A stretch of 64,000 nucleotides of DNA from contig JBDOQK010000035.1 in NCBI GenBank assembly GCA_040437565.1, positions 124,001 to 188,000 of the forward strand. Direction: 5' to 3'. A program made the position numbers and the translations under genes. The notes under the pieces are model-generated. The model had not been told where the DNA came from and ran no database searches. It saw nothing but the letters and a program-made list of their open reading frames with translations. Below are positions 59,856-64,000 of this stretch, piece by piece; the first letter of the stretch is position 1, and the number at the start of each line of letters is the position of its first letter. Source of the DNA: Albugo candida. Taxonomy: Eukaryota.

Positions 59856-62800
59856 TCACCAATCAATGGTCTGGAATCGATCCAGAGCTTGTTGGGATTC
59901 GCCCAAGTCTTTTTGTACCTTGATCCGTTTGTAGAAGATGGGACAGTCGCGACTCGTGCAAAGAACGTCTTGATGTAAACTTCCTTGACAGTTTTGGCAT
60001 TGCGTCCAAAATCGATGGAANNNNNNNNNNNNNNNNNNNNNNNNNNNNNNNNNNNNNNNNNNNNNNNNNNNNNNNNNNNNNNNNNNNNNNNNNNNNNNNN
60101 NNNNNNNNNNNNNNNNNNNNCCCAAGTCTTTTTGTACCTTGATCCGTTTGTAGAAGATGGGACAGTCGCGACTCGTGCAAAGAACGTCTTGATGTAAACT
60201 TCCTTGACAGTTTTGGCATTGCGTCCAAAATCGATGGAACAAGATCTCCAATTCTTGGACACTTTGCAACTGTCGAATCAAGATGGTGCTTTGCTGAGTC
60301 CGACAAGACTTACAAATAGCAGCCATCGTTTCCAGTGGTGCTTTGCAGCCAAGACACTTTGACTTTTTAACCGCAAAATCCATCATTCCACCGCTATTTT
60401 GCTTTAAATTCGGTTGAGAACGCTTTCGTGTGTGTGCACCCTGAAGCAGTTCACTTCGAACTCTTGCCAGTCCAATAATCGGCTCGAAAATCCTCTCCAA
60501 CGGATTCTGAAGCTGCTGTTTCATGTAATATTCCCAATCAATCGGAATGTCATTCTCCAACACGTAGACAGGGTCTTCGGCTTTTTCATAGAGCGGTGCC
60601 GCCTTGCCCTTATTTATAATCACATATGCGATTCGTTCTCCCAAAACGGGTGCGGACCCTGCGTCTCGCTTTCTCATGCGTTCTGCAAGTTCGGTATGTG
60701 CTTGTTTGACTTTATAGTCACGTTGATCGACCAGCTTCTTNNNNNNNNNNNNNNNNNNNNNNNNNNNNNNNNNNNNNNNNNNNNNNNNNNNNNNNNNNNN
60801 NNNNNNNNNNNNNNNNNNNNNNNNNNNNNNNNNNNNNNNNAAGCTGCTGTTTCATGTAATATTCCCAATCAATCGGAATGTCATTCTCCAACACGTAGAC
60901 AGGGTCTTCGGCTTTTTCATAGAGCGGTGCCGCCTTGCCCTTATTTATAATCACATATGCGATTCGTTCTCCCAAAACGGGTGCGGACCCTGCGTCTCGC
61001 TTTCTCATGCGTTCTGCAAGTTCGGTATGTGCTTGTTTGACTTTATAGTCACGTTGATCGACCAGCTTCTTTAGTCCTTTCGTGATGACCAGTAACGAAA
61101 TATCGATTCGATTTTGTAACAAATCGGAAATCATGGATTTTGTATACTCAATGGCTCCCGCAACATTCTGCTGAATGAGGATTTTGTCCAAGCAAGTTTC
61201 CACGAGACGACGGACAAGAAGACAATTATCACGGCGTACAGTTTCCAATCCTTTCGAGTCAACTTTCTCATACTTGTCTGCATTTGTCCATAACAGACCT
61301 GCATATCGCTTTTTGTTCATCAGTAGATATGGAAAGTAGACTTTCTCAAACTCCAGTAGGATAGGCGATGGAAAGATGGAAGAAACACGTGAGGCTGCTT
61401 CTTTAGCGAGAGGCATAGCTTCAGCGACCGTTCCAACACCAAACTTGACCATGACGGAATCAGTATCACCGTAGATTACTTGGGCATCTGCCGGGTACCC
61501 ATTTGCAACACAAAATTGACGTTCAACTTCTTCCCGCGTCCGGAAGAGAAACTGACGTCCATACGCAGTTATACTGGAAGCAATTGGGATGCAAGGAAGC
61601 TGGCCGACTACGGCTCCAGTAAATCCATACACAGAATTCGCGCTGATTTTCAGTGCTAATTGTCGACCGTTTTGAACAGCTTTTTCCATTGGATCTGTAG
61701 CTCGACTCATGTCGTATTTGGCTTGCTTTCGAGCAGACAAAAGTTCTTCTAATATTATTGGAAGTATTCCTTTTCGAGTTTCTGCTTTTACAAACACATC
61801 GCCGGAGGGAGATTTCTGATACTGAAGTTGATCCAGCTTATCGACGTCATCGGGCGCGACCAGAGTGGAATAGCACAAATTATGTGCTTGCATGATGGAA
61901 GGGTATAAGGACGCAAAATCGAGCGTGACAATCGGAACAGTATAATACGCTTTGATGGGTTCGATCACAGTTGCACCTTCGTAACCGGCATCACCGCTGT
62001 TGGGATTTTGAGAGCGTTGTAACGTTGGGACCACATAATTGGCCATTTTACACTTTCGGAGCAGCATTGAGTAAACTTTAATTTGTTGTCCGCGTTCTAG
62101 CAAATAATCAATCGGAACACCACAAACACGAGCCATTTCAATATAATTGACCAGCAATGACAAACTATGCAAAAGTTGTAGAGGAAGAGACGCATCTTTC
62201 AAACAGTACACTGCCAAGCGATGACGATCGTCGTCAGTACCACGCTGCAAGTCGCTTATTATTCCATGAGGAACGTCTTCTTTCTGTTGCCCGAGAAATG
62301 CGCTACTCACTGCATTGAGAGAGTACGAACTCAGCTGGAAACTTCGTCGCATGATAGGATAAAGATCGAATGTACATCGGCCGTGAATTGTGGTCTTTAT
62401 GCTTTCGCTTTTACCGTACTGCGCCGAGCTGAATGTCTTTTTTTCCATATACGCTGATCTGATTTGGAATGTGAAGCAAAAAGCATACAAAAGATGTGTT
62501 CACTTGGTACTTACTTGGAAAGTAAACGTCCAAGGTGATCGAAGTCTCTCAGATTCAATTTTTTCCCTCGATTTAAAATATATGGAATATCGAAATTGTC
62601 GACGTTGTATCCTGTGATGATATCCGGGTCTATCATTCGAACAAAAGCTGCCCAGCGTTCTAGCATGTCTTCCTCTCGGACAAACTCCAACACAGCGGTA
62701 CCGACGATGGGCTTGCAAGTTCCAAGTACAAAAACATTGCGCAAAAGAGGTGTCGAGGACCCCTGCTCCTGCACTATATTTGCAATTTGAATGATTGGAT

Positions 62801-63825
62801 CCTACAGAAAAACTGAGCATCAATTCATTATCGACCAAGTCAGACTCACGTGCTCTGCATCTGGAAAATGACCTTTTCTTCCCATACATTCAATGTCAAA
62901 ACTTAATACACGAAATGGGGCTAGCTTGCTCCAATGTCCAGTGGGAGCATGACTCTTCAAGTCTGTGAATGCAACATCAAGCTCCAATTGGCAAGATGAT
63001 TGCTTCTCGATTGCACTTCGCATGGAATACATGCCTTTTGCAGCCTGAAGCCAATTGCAGCCTTGAATTTCTTTATCAATCATGAATCGCAAGAGGAACG
63101 GAACATTGCTTTCATATGTCTGATAGGAACGGAAACCTACATCTAATAGAGACACATTCTCAGCCATTGTTACAAAATATAGCACAATAAAGCAAACCTG
63201 GTAGAGAAACTCCATTTTCAAGTAAAGTTCGCACTTTTGGAACGAATGCTGGCATACTGACATAAAGTTTCCATACCGTCATTTCGATGTCAAATTGAAA
63301 GCCATAAATGGATTTAAGGTTGCGAACAACTTCGAGCCCAATTATAGGTGGAGAGCCAGATTTCATCGTCGAATCCAAAGCTTTGTTGAGTGCTTGACGC
63401 ACTTGACCACACTTGCTAGAATCAAAACTCTCGGTACAAGCGACATAGAAATACGGCATGAACCCGTGAACATGTAATAGTACGCTGTTGCCAGTTGCGG
63501 TCACGCCATAAACGCGAATTACTGGAACAAGCTGAGTTGAGTTCTCAGAGTAGATCTTCGATCCCACCTCTGTGTGAAAGTGAAGAGGCGGTCGGTCATA
63601 CATATCAACATCAATCCATTGAAAGTCGATAGAGGATGTGGTCGGATCGACTTTGTCCAATGAGGAACGATGCCAGCTCTGTTTTGTACCTTGTTGTCCG
63701 TCAGTCGTGTCCTTATTTGCTTTATCTTGATGATCGTTTATCCTCATCCGTTTCTCTTCCCCCATGTCGCCGATCTCATTTCTCATGCCGCCATTTGGGT
63801 TCGTTCGCTTGCAGCTTACTGTCAT
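59856..63825 (-). CDS. POLD1: DNA polymerase delta catalytic subunit (three short 5' introns; two gap-associated false duplications)
   Basis: [49 protein letters not shown] and YGDTDS motifs, plus C-terminal CysA (CLGC..CKSC) and CysB (CQNC..CTSRDC). Confidence 0.98.
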
Positions 63826-64000
63826 TATAATGGCGCCAATTTTCGCGAATCCAGCTAAATGTACCGCCCGTTTATTGGAGGATATGCAAAGATTATTCAC
63901 CAATCGGTATCATCACATGTCTATTGCATGAAAACACATCTTTCTGTCTCACTATTGTCTGTGTCTTGCAAAAAATTCCTCCACACGATCGGAAATTGAT

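Noticed and set aside
59900-61070. Duplicated POLD1 C-terminal segments
   Set aside because: Identical overlaps at the gaps at 60021 and 60741.

Overview
Eukaryotic nuclear DNA, not prokaryotic. It has short GT-AG introns, oomycete-type INR/FPR core promoters and temptin-like secreted proteins, so it is most likely an oomycete (Albugo-like; inference). It is a draft scaffold with fifteen 100-N gaps, most flanked by duplicated contig ends. There are three compartments. (1) About 1-25.5 kb is gene-sparse. It holds an old, direct, collinear segmental duplication (~130-11500 vs ~18050-24200). Each copy carries decayed genes: a secreted pepsin-fold protein with DFG at the second catalytic motif, a Cys-rich secreted-effector-like gene, and a small secreted protein. 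Between the copies lies an intron-retaining, truncated pseudogene of DNA polymerase delta. (2) About 25.5-49.3 kb is a gene-dense core block: RSL1D1-like, TPR/Mlp1, mitochondrial L28, a Pro-repeat membrane protein, an N-terminally extended Rab, an SF1/FUBP-hybrid KH protein, Bdp1, three putative GPI-anchored proteins (two temptin-like), an ODA-DC-like coiled-coil protein, SNW1 and a second membrane protein. (3) About 49.3-59.8 kb is gene-sparse with candidate secreted effectors, followed by the functional POLD1. I found no CRISPR array, rRNA, tRNA or recognisable intact transposon. All homology calls are by eye.
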